DNA from: Balanoglossus misakiensis
Lineage: Eukaryota; Animalia; Hemichordata
Direction of reading: 5' to 3'
Assembly (NCBI GenBank): GCA_040954595.2
Contig: JBECUI020000045.1
Location: forward strand, 1-64,000
DNA length: 64,000 nucleotides
Positions 1 through 10,868 of the stretch are shown one piece after another. Below the pieces are notes generated by a model that was not told where the DNA came from, ran no database searches, and saw only the letters and a program-made list of their open reading frames with translations. A program made the position numbers and the translations under genes. The first letter of the stretch is position 1; each line of letters starts with the position of its first letter.

Positions 1-3000
1 ATAGTACGGTTGCGGCGCGTGATGCCGGCATTGCTCCGTCAGGTGCAGTGCCTGCAGGCGGTTTAGATAGTACTGAGGTAGACCGCGCAAATACAGATGT
101 TGGTAAGGCCTACGCTTTAGGAGGTGATGCAGCGACCACCGGGGTTGTGCCTGTTGTTGACGATCAAGGCAATGTGAACCCGAATGCCAATAGTTATGGT
201 AAGGCGCTTGCGGTTGCGTCTGAGATAGAGGTCGCCGCAGGTGGCGATTTGGGTGCGGCAATAGACGCTCTACAGGGCTATTACCAGTCCTCCAAGGACA
301 CAGGCGGAGAGGCAAGCCTGACCAGTGACGGCGCAACGCAAGTACAACAAGCATTGGCAAATGCATTGGCAAATAGCGGGGCGAACTCCGCAGCTGAACA
401 ACAAAATTGGTTGCAGGGCATGGTTGACTCTGGATTACCTGCAACCGTTATTCCAACGGCTGCCGATGGAACGCCCGATGTGGGAGGACTTTCAACATCA
501 ATAGGTGTGAGCACGAGTACGGATGCAGACGGCGTGAAAACAACGGTTGCTTCTGTGGTCAATCCGCCAGTGGACGCAAATGGCGCATGGGAGTATACAA
601 TCGATGGTGGCACGACATGGCAGGCAGGGTCAGGCAGCAGTTTTAATCTGCCCCATGGACGTATGTATAATCCGACCGATATTCAGGTTCGTGCAGCAGG
701 AGATATCGCAACAGCGGTGCAAATAGATGCGCCGGTTGATTTACTGCCACCTGCCCAGCCGACCATAGACCTAGGTTCCGTCAGCAGCAAAGGGGTGGTC
801 ACCGTCAGCAATCTTGAGGCGGATGCCACTTGGGAATACACGCTTGATGGCGGCACGACATGGCAGACAGGTGCTATGCCTGTAGCAGGAACAGGCACTA
901 TACCCCTGCCCGCAGGTGATGGCTATAATGCCGGAGATATTCAAGTGCGTCAGACGGATGCATCAGGATTGGCTTCCCCTGTTGCAGAGAGCAGCACGGG
1001 TGCCACTGCGCCTTCTTTGACCTTAAGTTTGGCAGAGGATACAATGATGCAGACGGTATCACCCAAAACCCGACCGTGAATATTGACGCGGCCGCTGGGG
1101 TTAATTGGAATATTCAACCGATGGCGGTACCACGTGGACAGAAGGGGTAGGCAACAGTTTTGAGTTGCCCAGCGGTACAACGCCGGTTGCAAATATCAAG
1201 GTCAGGGAGATAGGTACTACGGGAAGCGATGTTTCCTTGCCTTATCATCCCGGGGTAGCGAACATTGATGTTAGACCTGCTGGTAGCGTAACATTAGATC
1301 CGCCAACCTTGAGTTTGGTAGGCGACACAGGCTCTGCCTCCGATGACTTTATCACAAACAACCCCAGTATCACGGTTGCAGGCGTGGCTGCAGGCAATAG
1401 CTGGGAATATAGCATTGACGGGGGTACCCGTTGGATTGCCGGCACGGGCACGACCATCACTTTAGATGCGAATACCGGATATACGGCAGGCACGATCGTG
1501 GCGCGACAGGTGGACGCTGCGGGCAATATGTCTGTGGAAGGAGTATTAGAATTTCCAAATGCCTTAAGGATTGATACTGCCCCAGCCAGCCTTACTCAGA
1601 CTGCCTTTACGGTAGCTGAGAATGCCGCCGCTGATTCCCAAGTGGGCACATTGACAGCCAATGAAGCCGTAGACTGGGCAACAGCTTCCATAGCAGGTGC
1701 AGATGCAGGCCAGTTCACCTTAGACGCAGCGGGCAATTTGAGCTTTAGCAGCAATAAGGATTTTGAAAATCCGGACGATGTGGGCAATGACGGTGTCTAT
1801 AACATTGACGTTACCTTACTGATACCGCAGGTAATTCGGCTACCCAAGCCATTACCGTAACCTTGAACAATGTCAACGAGGCGCCGACCTTAACAACGCA
1901 GGGCAATGCAGCCGAGACCGCGGTTACCGGTCAAGCCCTTACCGCATCCGTCACGGGCTATTTTACAGATCAAGACGCAGACGACACCTTGACCTACAGC
2001 CTAAACAATGGCGGCAATAGCTGGATCACCTTAGACGCAGCGGGCGATTTACAATTTTCCCAGCCACCGACGAACCTTGTCGGAGGAGATCCCGTCTCTG
2101 TCACCGTCACCGCGACTGATAGCGGTGGCCTGACCGTCAGCAAGACGGTAGATGTGACGGTTGTCTCCAAGCCGGTGGTGAGCTCAGCGGTTGCCTATGG
2201 TGCGAATACGGATGACCACCATGGTAAAGATTGGAGAGGCCTTTACGGTAGTCTTGACGATGAGCGAGGATTTTTCTTATGTGCATCCGACTGCAGGAAC
2301 CACCCCTACGACGCTCACACTCACACTCCCTGCTGCCGATGGAACAATGCAAGAGGTGACAGCAACCTATAGTACCAGTACTGCGAATACGATTACCTTT
2401 ACTGCGAATGCGCCCGTACACAGTAATATTGACACTTCTGATATTAAAATAAGCGCGGTTAATTTGAATGGTGCGACCGTAACAGGGCTGCTATCACATC
2501 AGGTATGGGAGCCGGCAACGACTGATGTAAATAAGTCTGTCACCGGGCTTACGGTGGATACTGTTTTGCCTTCCCATACTGTCGGGGCGCCAACTATAGA
2601 TGAGAACTCGGGCGATAATTTGTGGTAGTGCCCCTTACGTTTGATGAGGAGGTAGATTGGGCGACTGTTAGATTGGATCCTAGCTCAGCAGATGCGCACT
2701 TATTTACCATAGATACAGATAATCGTCAGTTGCTTATCAACACAGACCAAGACTTTGAGAACCCGGGTGATGCCAATGGCGATGGTGTTTATGATGTGGG
2801 GATTAGGATGTCTGATTTGGCGGGCAATGAAACGTCAACTAGCATTACCGTAACCTTGAACAATGTCAACGAGGCACCGACCTTAACAACGCAGGGCAAT
2901 GCAGCCGAGACCGCGGTTACTGGTCAAGACCTTACCGCATCCGTCACGGGCTATTTTACAGATCAAGACGCAGCCGATAGCACCTTGACCTACAGCCTAA

Positions 3001-6000
3001 ACAATGGCGGCAATAGCTGGATCACCTTAGACGCAGCGGGCGATTTACAATTTTCCCAGCCACCGACGAACCTTGTCGGAGGAGATCCCGTCTCCGTCAC
3101 CGTCACCGCAACTGATAGCGGTGGCCTGACAGTCAGCAAGACGGTAGATGTGACGGTTGTCTCTAGACCCGTTGTAACGGACATCACCTCTGATGTTGCT
3201 GCTGCAAAAGCAGGCGATGTGGTTACTTTTACCGTGACCTTAAGCGAGCCTTACACACAAGTCCCAACAGCTCCTGTTATCATGACGCTAATGGTAAATG
3301 GTGTTTCGGTAACTGCGAGACTTGACAATGCCCATAGCAGCGCATCTGCAGGCACCTTATCCTTTACTGCCACCGCCCCTGCAGGCGATGGTGATGCTAT
3401 CACAGTGAGCAGCGTCAACTTAAACGGGGCTCAAATAATGGGCGTTACTTCAAGTCAGCTTTGGGTACCGGCAGACGAGGTCCCCGTCACTGTTACTGGC
3501 CTGTCTATAGATAATACCTCCCCGATGGTGATTGGTGGTACCGACTTTACGGTAGATGAGAATGCCGCCGCTGATTCCCAAGTGGGCGCATTGACAGCCA
3601 ATGAAGCCGTAGACTGGGCAACAGCTACCCTAGCAGGTGCGGATGCAAGCCAGTTCACCTTAGACGCAGAGGGCAATTTGAGCTTTAGCAACAATAAGGA
3701 TTTTGAAAATCCGGACGATGCGGGCAATGACGGCGTCTATAACTTTGACGTTACCTTTGTTGATACCGTAGGTAATTCGGCTACCCAAGCCATTACCGTA
3801 ACCTTGAACAATGTCAACGAGGCGCCCACGGCAGTTGGCGCTATTAGCAGTCAGGTAGGGGCAGTGGGCTTTGACTATACCCTTGATGTCTCATCATATT
3901 TTACCGATCAGGATGCAGGCGACACATTGACCTACACACTAGCCGGTGAACCTGCTTGGATGGTCATAGATGCTGCTACAGGCATCATTTCCAGCAGCCG
4001 TACATTAACGGATGCAGATAAGGCAGACCTATCTACCGTTACCATTACCGCAACCGATGGCTCAAGCGAGACGGTGACACAGACCTTTGGTATAACTGTA
4101 ACGGATGCCATTTCGGTAGCCAGTATTGCAATCCAGCCACAAGGAGCATACGCAAAGGGAGGCGATACGCTGCAAGTGGACGTAACTTTCACCGAAGCTG
4201 TGCAGATTGATACTAATAATCCGCCACAGTTGACCTTTTCGTTTAACGGCGTTACAGCACCGGGTACTTTTGTTAGCATACATACGGGTGATGCCAATGG
4301 TGCTACTGTCGTTGTCTATTCGGTTGCTGTTCCCTCTGCTAGCACTGCAGATGGCAATAGCTTGACGCTTCACTCAATCGATTCGGACATCACTGCATCA
4401 GACAATGTGCGCACAGTAGATCGCGCCACTGTCGGCCAAGAAGATACATCTGTAACCGTAGATAACACCCCCCCTGTTGCGCTTGCCGCCCCGACGCTTG
4501 CGGATACTAGCATAGTGCTTGATGCCGGCAGTGCTTATATTAATGATAATGTGGTCAATGTGGACACGGCGGCTCTTGAGACCGGTGCCACTTGGGAATA
4601 CACGACCGATGGCGGTACCACGTGGACAGAAGGGACAGGCAGTTCTTTTACGTTGACCGATGCCAACTACACAGTAGCCAGTATTCAGATACGGCAGACC
4701 GATGTAGCGGGCAATGTCTCTACTAGCGCGGCACTAAGCGTCGCTGGTGCGGCTTCTCTCACAGTTGACACAACTGCCCCTGCCGCCCCTGACGCCCCGA
4801 CGCTTGCGGACATTGATTTCGGGATTCATGGCACCTCTGCTCATATTAATGATAATAATGTGAACGTGGCAGGTCTTGAGACCGGCGCCACTTGGGAATA
4901 CACGACTGATGGCGGTACCACGTGGACAGAAGGGACAGGCAGTTCTTTTGCGTTGACCGAAGCCGTCTACACAGTAGCCGATATTCAGGTTCGGCAGATA
5001 GATACGGCGGGCAATGTCTCTGCTGGCGCGGCACTAAGCGTCGCTGGTGCGGTTTCTCTCACAGTTGACACAACTGCCCCTGCTGCGCTTGCCGCCCCGA
5101 CGCTTGCGGATACTAGCATACTGGAGGATAGCGGTGGTTCTGCTGTTACTACTGCTTATATTAATAATAATGTGGTCAATGTGGACACGGCGGCTCTTGA
5201 GACCGGCGCCACTTGGGAATACACGACCGATGGCGGTACCACGTGGACAGAAGGGACAGGCAATTCTTTTATGTTGGCGGATGACACCTACTCATTAGAT
5301 AATGATGATATTCAGGTTCGACAAGTTGATACCGCAGGTAATGCCTCTGTCGCCACGGTGCTAAGCTTCACCGGCGATTGGGGTGAACTCGCGGTTGACA
5401 CAGCCGCTCCTGTTGCCCCTGCCAACCTTGATTTATCTAGCGCTAGCGACACAGGCGTAAGCGGCGATAAGACTACTAACATCGGTAATTTTTCCATCTC
5501 CGGTACCGCTGATGCGGGGAGTACAATTACGGTAAAGATAAATGGGACACTAGTAGCTCTAACCGGCAGTGCCATCGTTGATGCAAGCGGTGCTTTTAAT
5601 GTACAGCTGACTGACCCTGTCGCTGATAATACTCATAACGTAGAAGTTATCGCAACCGATGAGGCGGGCAATGAAGGCGCCGCAGGGTCGGTGCAGATTA
5701 CGGTTGACAGCAGTGCCCCGCAAGCACGAAATGGCGATACTGATATTGATACTGAGTTTGTTGATAACGATGGTAGTAGCGGGTACAGCGCAGGCGATGC
5801 GATCACTTTCAACTTTAATGAAGCGGTACAGGATTTGACGATCGGGGATCTTGGTCTTACTGGAGCAGATAGTTTTGGTACTGGCGCAACGATCTCAACT
5901 GCAACGGCTAATGGGGAATCATCAGCTACGGTAACATTAGGAACCGCGCCTAGCTTGGGAGCAGCCCCAACGACTGTTAGCGTAACTGACGTAGCCGGCA

Positions 6001-7181
6001 ATCAGGCCTCAATTGATTACACCATTCCGGCATTAGGCCCGACTATGGAGGCGAAGGGTCTGCAAGGGATTGATAATTTTGATGTACGTTCACCGATTGT
6101 ATTGAGCTTCTCTGAGAATGTGCAGATTAATGCGGGAGCAACCATGCGAATAATTGATGTAACAGGAGGCTCTGACGAAACAGGAGACGATGCCACAGTC
6201 GCGCATCAGGCTAGAATTACAGGCAATGAGAACCCAACATGGGATTTTGAGACTAATGGATGGCGGCATAATGAGAAGAAGAATGATCAGACCATTGACT
6301 TGAATACGCATGCTGGGGTTACGGTGTCTGGCAACAAGATAATTATTGACCCAACTCATGACCTTGATTTGGGCGCCCAGTATAGGATCGAGTTTAGCGA
6401 TGGCGCGTTCTCGGGCGCTGATTCTGGTACGCTTGTTACGGGCACGTCTGATATTACGTTTAGGACGGTGATGCCAAGCCGTGACGAGGCTAAGCTTGCT
6501 GTTACTGCTGTGGAACAGGCCTCCAATGAGCACGGTACTTTATCCGTAAAGTACGACGCAACCACCGGTGAACTTGTAGATAGTCATTATTGGGTAGATG
6601 TTGATGACTATGGTGCAACCGGCTCATCACCTACGGTAGGCTTACTTAGCGGGGCCGGTAGGGACATGATGTTTGTTGCTTCCTATTCTAACACAGGGCC
6701 TAATTTAAGGGATGCGAACACGGGCGCGGAAATACCAGATTCAGGTCGTCTCGGTGCTGGGGAAACCTATATGGCTTTCGTTGGTCTTGATCATGGTGAT
6801 GCATTTTACGCGGATTTTGCCGACCTCACTGAAATACAAGAATATAGGGATGTTCAGGGGGAAGAGCCGAACGCAGCTTTTAGAGGTCTCCTGAGGACTC
6901 CTTGGAATACCGGCACCGGCGGCACATTTCCCAGTGGCTATACAGACAATGGTGTTGCAATCAATGGGGCTGATGTTAAGACCAGAGATTCCATATCTAC
7001 TACCTATATAAGGCCGGATACCTTACATAAATATGCCTTTATTGGGTTTGACTTCGTCAGCGCTGATCCGTTATTGGAGAACTATATAATTGGAGGAAAC
7101 GCTCTTACCTGGCCTCCCGGCACGGACCAGGCCACTAACACCTACCCTACTTGGGGCGAGACGATCTGGCATTACGGGTAA
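1..7181 (+). CDS. Giant Ig-like/cadherin-like repeat surface protein; 5'-truncated by the window edge and broken by about 4 apparent frameshifts (near 1050, 1820, 2225, 2620)
   Basis: ORFs 48-1079, 1105-1860, 1863-2372, 2191-2628 and 2622-7181 continue the same repeat families across their junctions, and the reading frame is open from base 3. Motifs: WEYxxDGGTTW...IQVRQxDxAGN Ig repeats; cadherin-like DFENPDD...NNVNEAP; putative-Ig/dystroglycan-like YFTDQDAGDTLTY; SbsA-like DVRSPIVLSFSENV...IDPTHDLD. Stop at 7181. Confidence 0.8.
1605..3825 (+). repeat. Internal near-identical duplications of cadherin-like and Ig modules
   Basis: About 1605-1880 matches 3546-3825 (ENAAADSQVG...NNVNEAP), and about 1853-2170 matches 2845-3165 (NNVNEAPTLTTQGNAAE...VTVVS). 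Confidence 0.85.
4460..5400 (+). repeat. Three tandem ~100-aa Ig-like repeats
   Basis: APTLAD...LETGATWEYTTDGGTTWTEGTG...Q(I/V)RQxDxAGN recurs about every 300 bp. Confidence 0.85.
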
Positions 7182-7252
7182 AAGCCGTGCCTTGTTGACT
7201 TAAAAGGGAGAGGTTTTTGCCTTAGGTCGAGTGGCGCAGGAAAGAAACAGAG

Positions 7253-7289
7253 ACTGGCAAACGATATTGTATCGCTTGCCAGTTTTTTT
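7253..7289 (+). terminator. Rho-independent terminator after the first giant gene
   Basis: ACTGGCAAACGAT-attgt-ATCGCTTGCCAGT forms a stem with one mismatch and is followed by a T-tract, about 70 bp after the stop codon. Confidence 0.8.
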
Positions 7290-7334
7290 ATCGCTGTTTG
7301 TTAAATAGCGAATGCACTATTAATTTATAACAGC

Positions 7335-7847
7335 ATGGAACAAAAAAATAGTTATACGCGTTCGGAATTACTGACTTGTGGGCGAGGAGAAATGTTTGGT
7401 AAGGGGAACGCACAATTACCCCTTCCGCCTATGTTGATGATAGATCGTATTATCAGCATTACAAAAGGCGGCGGTAGCGCAGGTAAAGGACGAATCATAG
7501 CAGAGCTGGATATTACGCCTGCGCTATGGTTTTTTGATTGCCACTTTAAGGGTGATTCTGTGATGCCGGGGTGTTTGGGTTTAGATGCGATGTGGCAGTT
7601 GGTGGGCTTTTTTATGGCTTGGACAGGCGCCAAAGGGTACGGTCGCGCATTAGGGGCAGGCAAGGTTAAGTTTTCGGGGCAGGTAACACCGGAAAATAAA
7701 GTGGTTGCCTATTATGTAGATATACAACGCATTATATCGCGTAAGTTGACGATAGGCGTTGCAAATGCAAGCATGCTAATAGATGGCAATGAGGTTTATG
7801 TTGCTAAAGACTTGCGCGTGGGATTATTTAAGACAGACGATCTTTAG
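7335..7847 (+). CDS. fabA: 3-hydroxyacyl-ACP dehydratase / trans-2-decenoyl-ACP isomerase FabA
   Basis: 170 aa with [16 protein letters not shown] and [28 protein letters not shown] (catalytic His and the FabA-type Asp), GRALG.G.VKF.GQV and C-terminal LRVGLF; lies directly before fabB. Confidence 0.97.
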   Translation: MEQKNSYTRSELLTCGRGEMFGKGNAQLPLPPMLMIDRIISITKGGGSAGKGRIIAELDITPALWFFDCHFKGDSVMPGCLGLDAMWQLVGFFMAWTGAKGYGRALGAGKVKFSGQVTPENKVVAYYVDIQRIISRKLTIGVANASMLIDGNEVYVAKDLRVGLFKTDDL

Positions 7848-7854
7848 AACTATT

Positions 7855-9078
7855 ATGTTAAAAAGAGTTGTTGTAACAGGGATGGGCATCGTCTCTAGCA
7901 TTGGCAATAATAAAAAAGAGGTGTTAGCCTCGCTAAAACAAGGCAGGTCGGGCATAGGGTTTTGCCGTGAGTATGCAGAGCTTAGTTTTCGCTCGCATGT
8001 TTGTGGAGGGATAACAATAGACTTAGATGCCTTAGTGGCGCCCAAGCTTAAACGATTTATGGGGGATAGCGCTGGGTATAGTTGTGTGGCCATGCATGAG
8101 GCGATAGCAGATGCAGACTTAAGAACAGAAACAGTTTCTCATCCTCGCACGGGTCTTATAGTGGGTTCAGGAGGTGGCTCAAACCATAATATGCAGAAGG
8201 CAATAGATACGTTGCGTTCGCGCGGGGCGCGTAGAGTAAGCCCGACTATGGTGCCGCGTATTATGACAAGTACAAATAGCGCTTGCCTTTCTGTCGCCTA
8301 TAAAATAAAAGGGGTCAATTATTCCATTGGTTCGGCGTGCGCAAGTAGCGCCCATTGTATTGGCAATGCCTATGAGCTTATCCAGTCGGGGAAACAAGAT
8401 GTCATCTTTGCAGGAGGGGGAGACGAGATACACTGGACCACAACCTTGCTATTTGATAGCATGGGCGCACTCTCATCAAACTATAACGATAGACCAACAG
8501 AAGCCTCTCGCCCTTATGATGTAGACCGCGATGGCTTTGTGATATCCGGCGGGGCAGGCATCCTCGTATTAGAGGAATTGCAACATGCGCTGATGCGACA
8601 GGCCAAGATCTATGCCGAGGTCGTAGGCTACGGGGCGACCTCTGATGGTTTTGATATGGTGAAGCCCTCAGGAGAGGGCGCGGCGAGATGCATGAAGCAA
8701 GCACTAGAAGGGCTTGATGTGAAAGTGGATTATATTAATGCCCATGCCACAAGCACCCTAGCTGGGGATGTCGCCGAATTGTCCGCGATTTCAGCGGTCT
8801 TTGAGGATCATGTCCCGATGATAAGCGCCACTAAATCACAAACAGGTCATGCGCTTGGCGCGGCAGGTGTCAACGAATCTATTTGTAGCCTGTTGATGCT
8901 AGAACACGATTTTATCGCAGCCTCGTTGAATGTGTCAGGACTGGATAAGGCAGCACAAGACATGCCGGTTGTCTTAGAAAGAAAGGATGATGCCAAACTC
9001 AACGTCATTATGTCTAATAGCTTCGGCTTTGGCGGGACAAATGCAAGCCTAGTCTTTCAAAAACCGCAACAGTCATAG
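7855..9078 (+). CDS. fabB: Beta-ketoacyl-ACP synthase I FabB
   Basis: Likely start is the ATG at 7855 (MLKRVVVTGMGIVSSIGNN), not 7783. Cys-His-His triad motifs SACASS, YINAHATST and KSQTGHALGAAG; C-terminal SNSFGFGGTNA; 7 bp after fabA. Confidence 0.95.
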   Translation: MLKRVVVTGMGIVSSIGNNKKEVLASLKQGRSGIGFCREYAELSFRSHVCGGITIDLDALVAPKLKRFMGDSAGYSCVAMHEAIADADLRTETVSHPRTGLIVGSGGGSNHNMQKAIDTLRSRGARRVSPTMVPRIMTSTNSACLSVAYKIKGVNYSIGSACASSAHCIGNAYELIQSGKQDVIFAGGGDEIHWTTTLLFDSMGALSSNYNDRPTEASRPYDVDRDGFVISGGAGILVLEELQHALMRQAKIYAEVVGYGATSDGFDMVKPSGEGAARCMKQALEGLDVKVDYINAHATSTLAGDVAELSAISAVFEDHVPMISATKSQTGHALGAAGVNESICSLLMLEHDFIAASLNVSGLDKAAQDMPVVLERKDDAKLNVIMSNSFGFGGTNASLVFQKPQQS

Positions 9079-9092
9079 CGATAATAGAAAAA

Positions 9093-10466
9093 ATGGATCA
9101 ATGCTTGTCTTTTAAGGCAGTACTTTTGCTGTATTTTTTGGCTGCCACGACCGCACATGCAGCCCTGCCGCAGAAATGGGATGACCGGGAATTGCCAAGC
9201 CTAGCGCCGATGCTAGAAAAAGTGACTCCCGCTGTGGTCAATATCGCCACTGTGGGGCGAGTGACATTACGACAAAGCCCTTTATTTTTAGACCCCTTTT
9301 TTCGCCGCTTTTTTAATGTTCCAAACCAAGCTATAGAACGCAAAGTAAGCAGTTTGGGGTCAGGGGTGATCGTGGACGCAAAGCGCGGGCTATTGTTGAC
9401 CAATCACCATGTCATCGCAAACGCAGAACAAATCCAAGTATCATTGCGCGATGGTCGTCATTTTGAAGCCGAGGTAATCGGGGTAGATTCGGAAACGGAT
9501 GTTGCCGTAATCAAGATAGAAGCCGATAACCTTACTGCATTAAAGGCGGCCGATTCGGAGGCGCTTAGGGTGGGGGATTTTGTGGCGGCAATCGGCAATC
9601 CATTCGGACTGGGGCAAACGGTAACGTCTGGGATTGTCAGCGCGCTTAGCCGTAGCGGACTCGGTATTGAAGGCTATGAGGACTTTATTCAAACCGATGC
9701 CTCTATCAATTCAGGAAACTCAGGGGGCGCATTGGTCAACCTTCGCGGCGAACTGATCGGCATCAACACAGCTATTTTCTCCAAAAATGGCGGCAACATC
9801 GGGATTGGCTTTGCCATTCCCATCAATCTGGCAATGAAGATCGTAAGACAGATCGTTGAAACAGGCGAGTTCAAAAGAGGGTTTCTTGGTGTTGGCACAC
9901 AAGATATAAGCCCCGCACTTGCTGAGGCCTTTAATCTAAAACATCGTCGTGGCGCCCTTATCAATGAGGTGTTTAAGAACTCCCCCGCAGATGAATCCGG
10001 ATTGAAGGCAGGAGATATTGTTATCGCAACCGATGGCAAACCGATACGCAATTCAAATGACCTCAGAAATCGCATCGGATTACTGTCGATCGGGGAAAAG
10101 ATTCGCTTTAAGATTCTGCGTGATGGCAAGGAAATGCAACTATTAGTCACTATCTTTGCAAGTGAAGCAGCAAAAAATGGAAAGTTAAAGATAACAAACG
10201 CCTTATTAGAAGGCGTCGCCGTTGCCAATATAACAAAAAATAACCCCTATTTTAAGAGGACCGATGGCGTAGTGGTCGTTGATGTGAAACGCGCCAGCAT
10301 CGCTTGGAAAAGCGGCATTAGGCGAGCAGATATTATTATTTCTGTCGATGGAACACCTGTTCGGAATTTGCAAGAATTGTTGTTAGCAGTAGATAAAAAA
10401 AGTAATGTCCTTCTGCTCAGAGTCATTCGCGGTAATACAGTTGTTTTTCTAGTCATTAAGGAATAA
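9093..10466 (+). CDS. degQ: Periplasmic HtrA/Do-family serine endoprotease (DegQ/DegP-like) with two PDZ domains
   Basis: Signal peptide ending AHA; LPSLAPMLEKVTPAVVNI; triad motifs LTNHHV, TDVAV and QTDASINSGNSGG; PDZ motifs RGFLGV, SPA..SGLKAGD and SGIRRAD. The short linker before SLGSGV favours DegQ over DegP, so the symbol is less certain than the family. Confidence 0.85.
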   Translation: MDQCLSFKAVLLLYFLAATTAHAALPQKWDDRELPSLAPMLEKVTPAVVNIATVGRVTLRQSPLFLDPFFRRFFNVPNQAIERKVSSLGSGVIVDAKRGLLLTNHHVIANAEQIQVSLRDGRHFEAEVIGVDSETDVAVIKIEADNLTALKAADSEALRVGDFVAAIGNPFGLGQTVTSGIVSALSRSGLGIEGYEDFIQTDASINSGNSGGALVNLRGELIGINTAIFSKNGGNIGIGFAIPINLAMKIVRQIVETGEFKRGFLGVGTQDISPALAEAFNLKHRRGALINEVFKNSPADESGLKAGDIVIATDGKPIRNSNDLRNRIGLLSIGEKIRFKILRDGKEMQLLVTIFASEAAKNGKLKITNALLEGVAVANITKNNPYFKRTDGVVVVDVKRASIAWKSGIRRADIIISVDGTPVRNLQELLLAVDKKSNVLLLRVIRGNTVVFLVIKE

Positions 10467-10730
10467 GCACTACCTACATTCCCTGTGCCCCCGCCCAAGT
10501 AAGACATTTTTGGAAACAAGAGCAAATATCTCGTTATGCCATGCGGGCAACCACAAGTAATTTAGTCTTGCATATTATATGCAGAACTGTAGTACGAGAA
10601 TGTCTTGGGCAATGCCTGCAATGACAAAACAACATAGGCGTATGCAAGCGCTTGTCAGCAATGTAACGGTAAGCAGATGCCAAGCTGTGGCATCTGCCAT
10701 TAGACGGCGCAACATCAATAATAAGTTAAA

Positions 10731-10868
10731 TAAGTGCTTGTGTCTCTCATAAATATTTGAGATAATACAGCACATTTATAAAATGTAGCCCATCATACAC
10801 AGCGACATGTTTAGCGTTGATCAAGCAAACAACATGATGCAATAAACATTTAGAGGAGATTATTATCT
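10731..10868 (+). promoter_or_regulatory. Conserved leader and RBS of adhesin gene A
   Basis: About 135 bp homologous to the leaders of genes C and D (TTTGAGA...CATACACAGC...TTGATCAAGCAAAC...GATGCAATAAACA); GAGGAG lies about 10 nt before the ATG. Confidence 0.6.

Noticed and set aside
7291-7325. FabR/DesT-type operator upstream of fabA
   Set aside because: Only a half-site-like AGCGAA and weak imperfect palindromes are present, which is insufficient support.
7783-7854. Extended N-terminus of FabB given by the ORF track
   Set aside because: It overlaps fabA, and FabB homology begins at M-x-KRVVVTG (ATG 7855).
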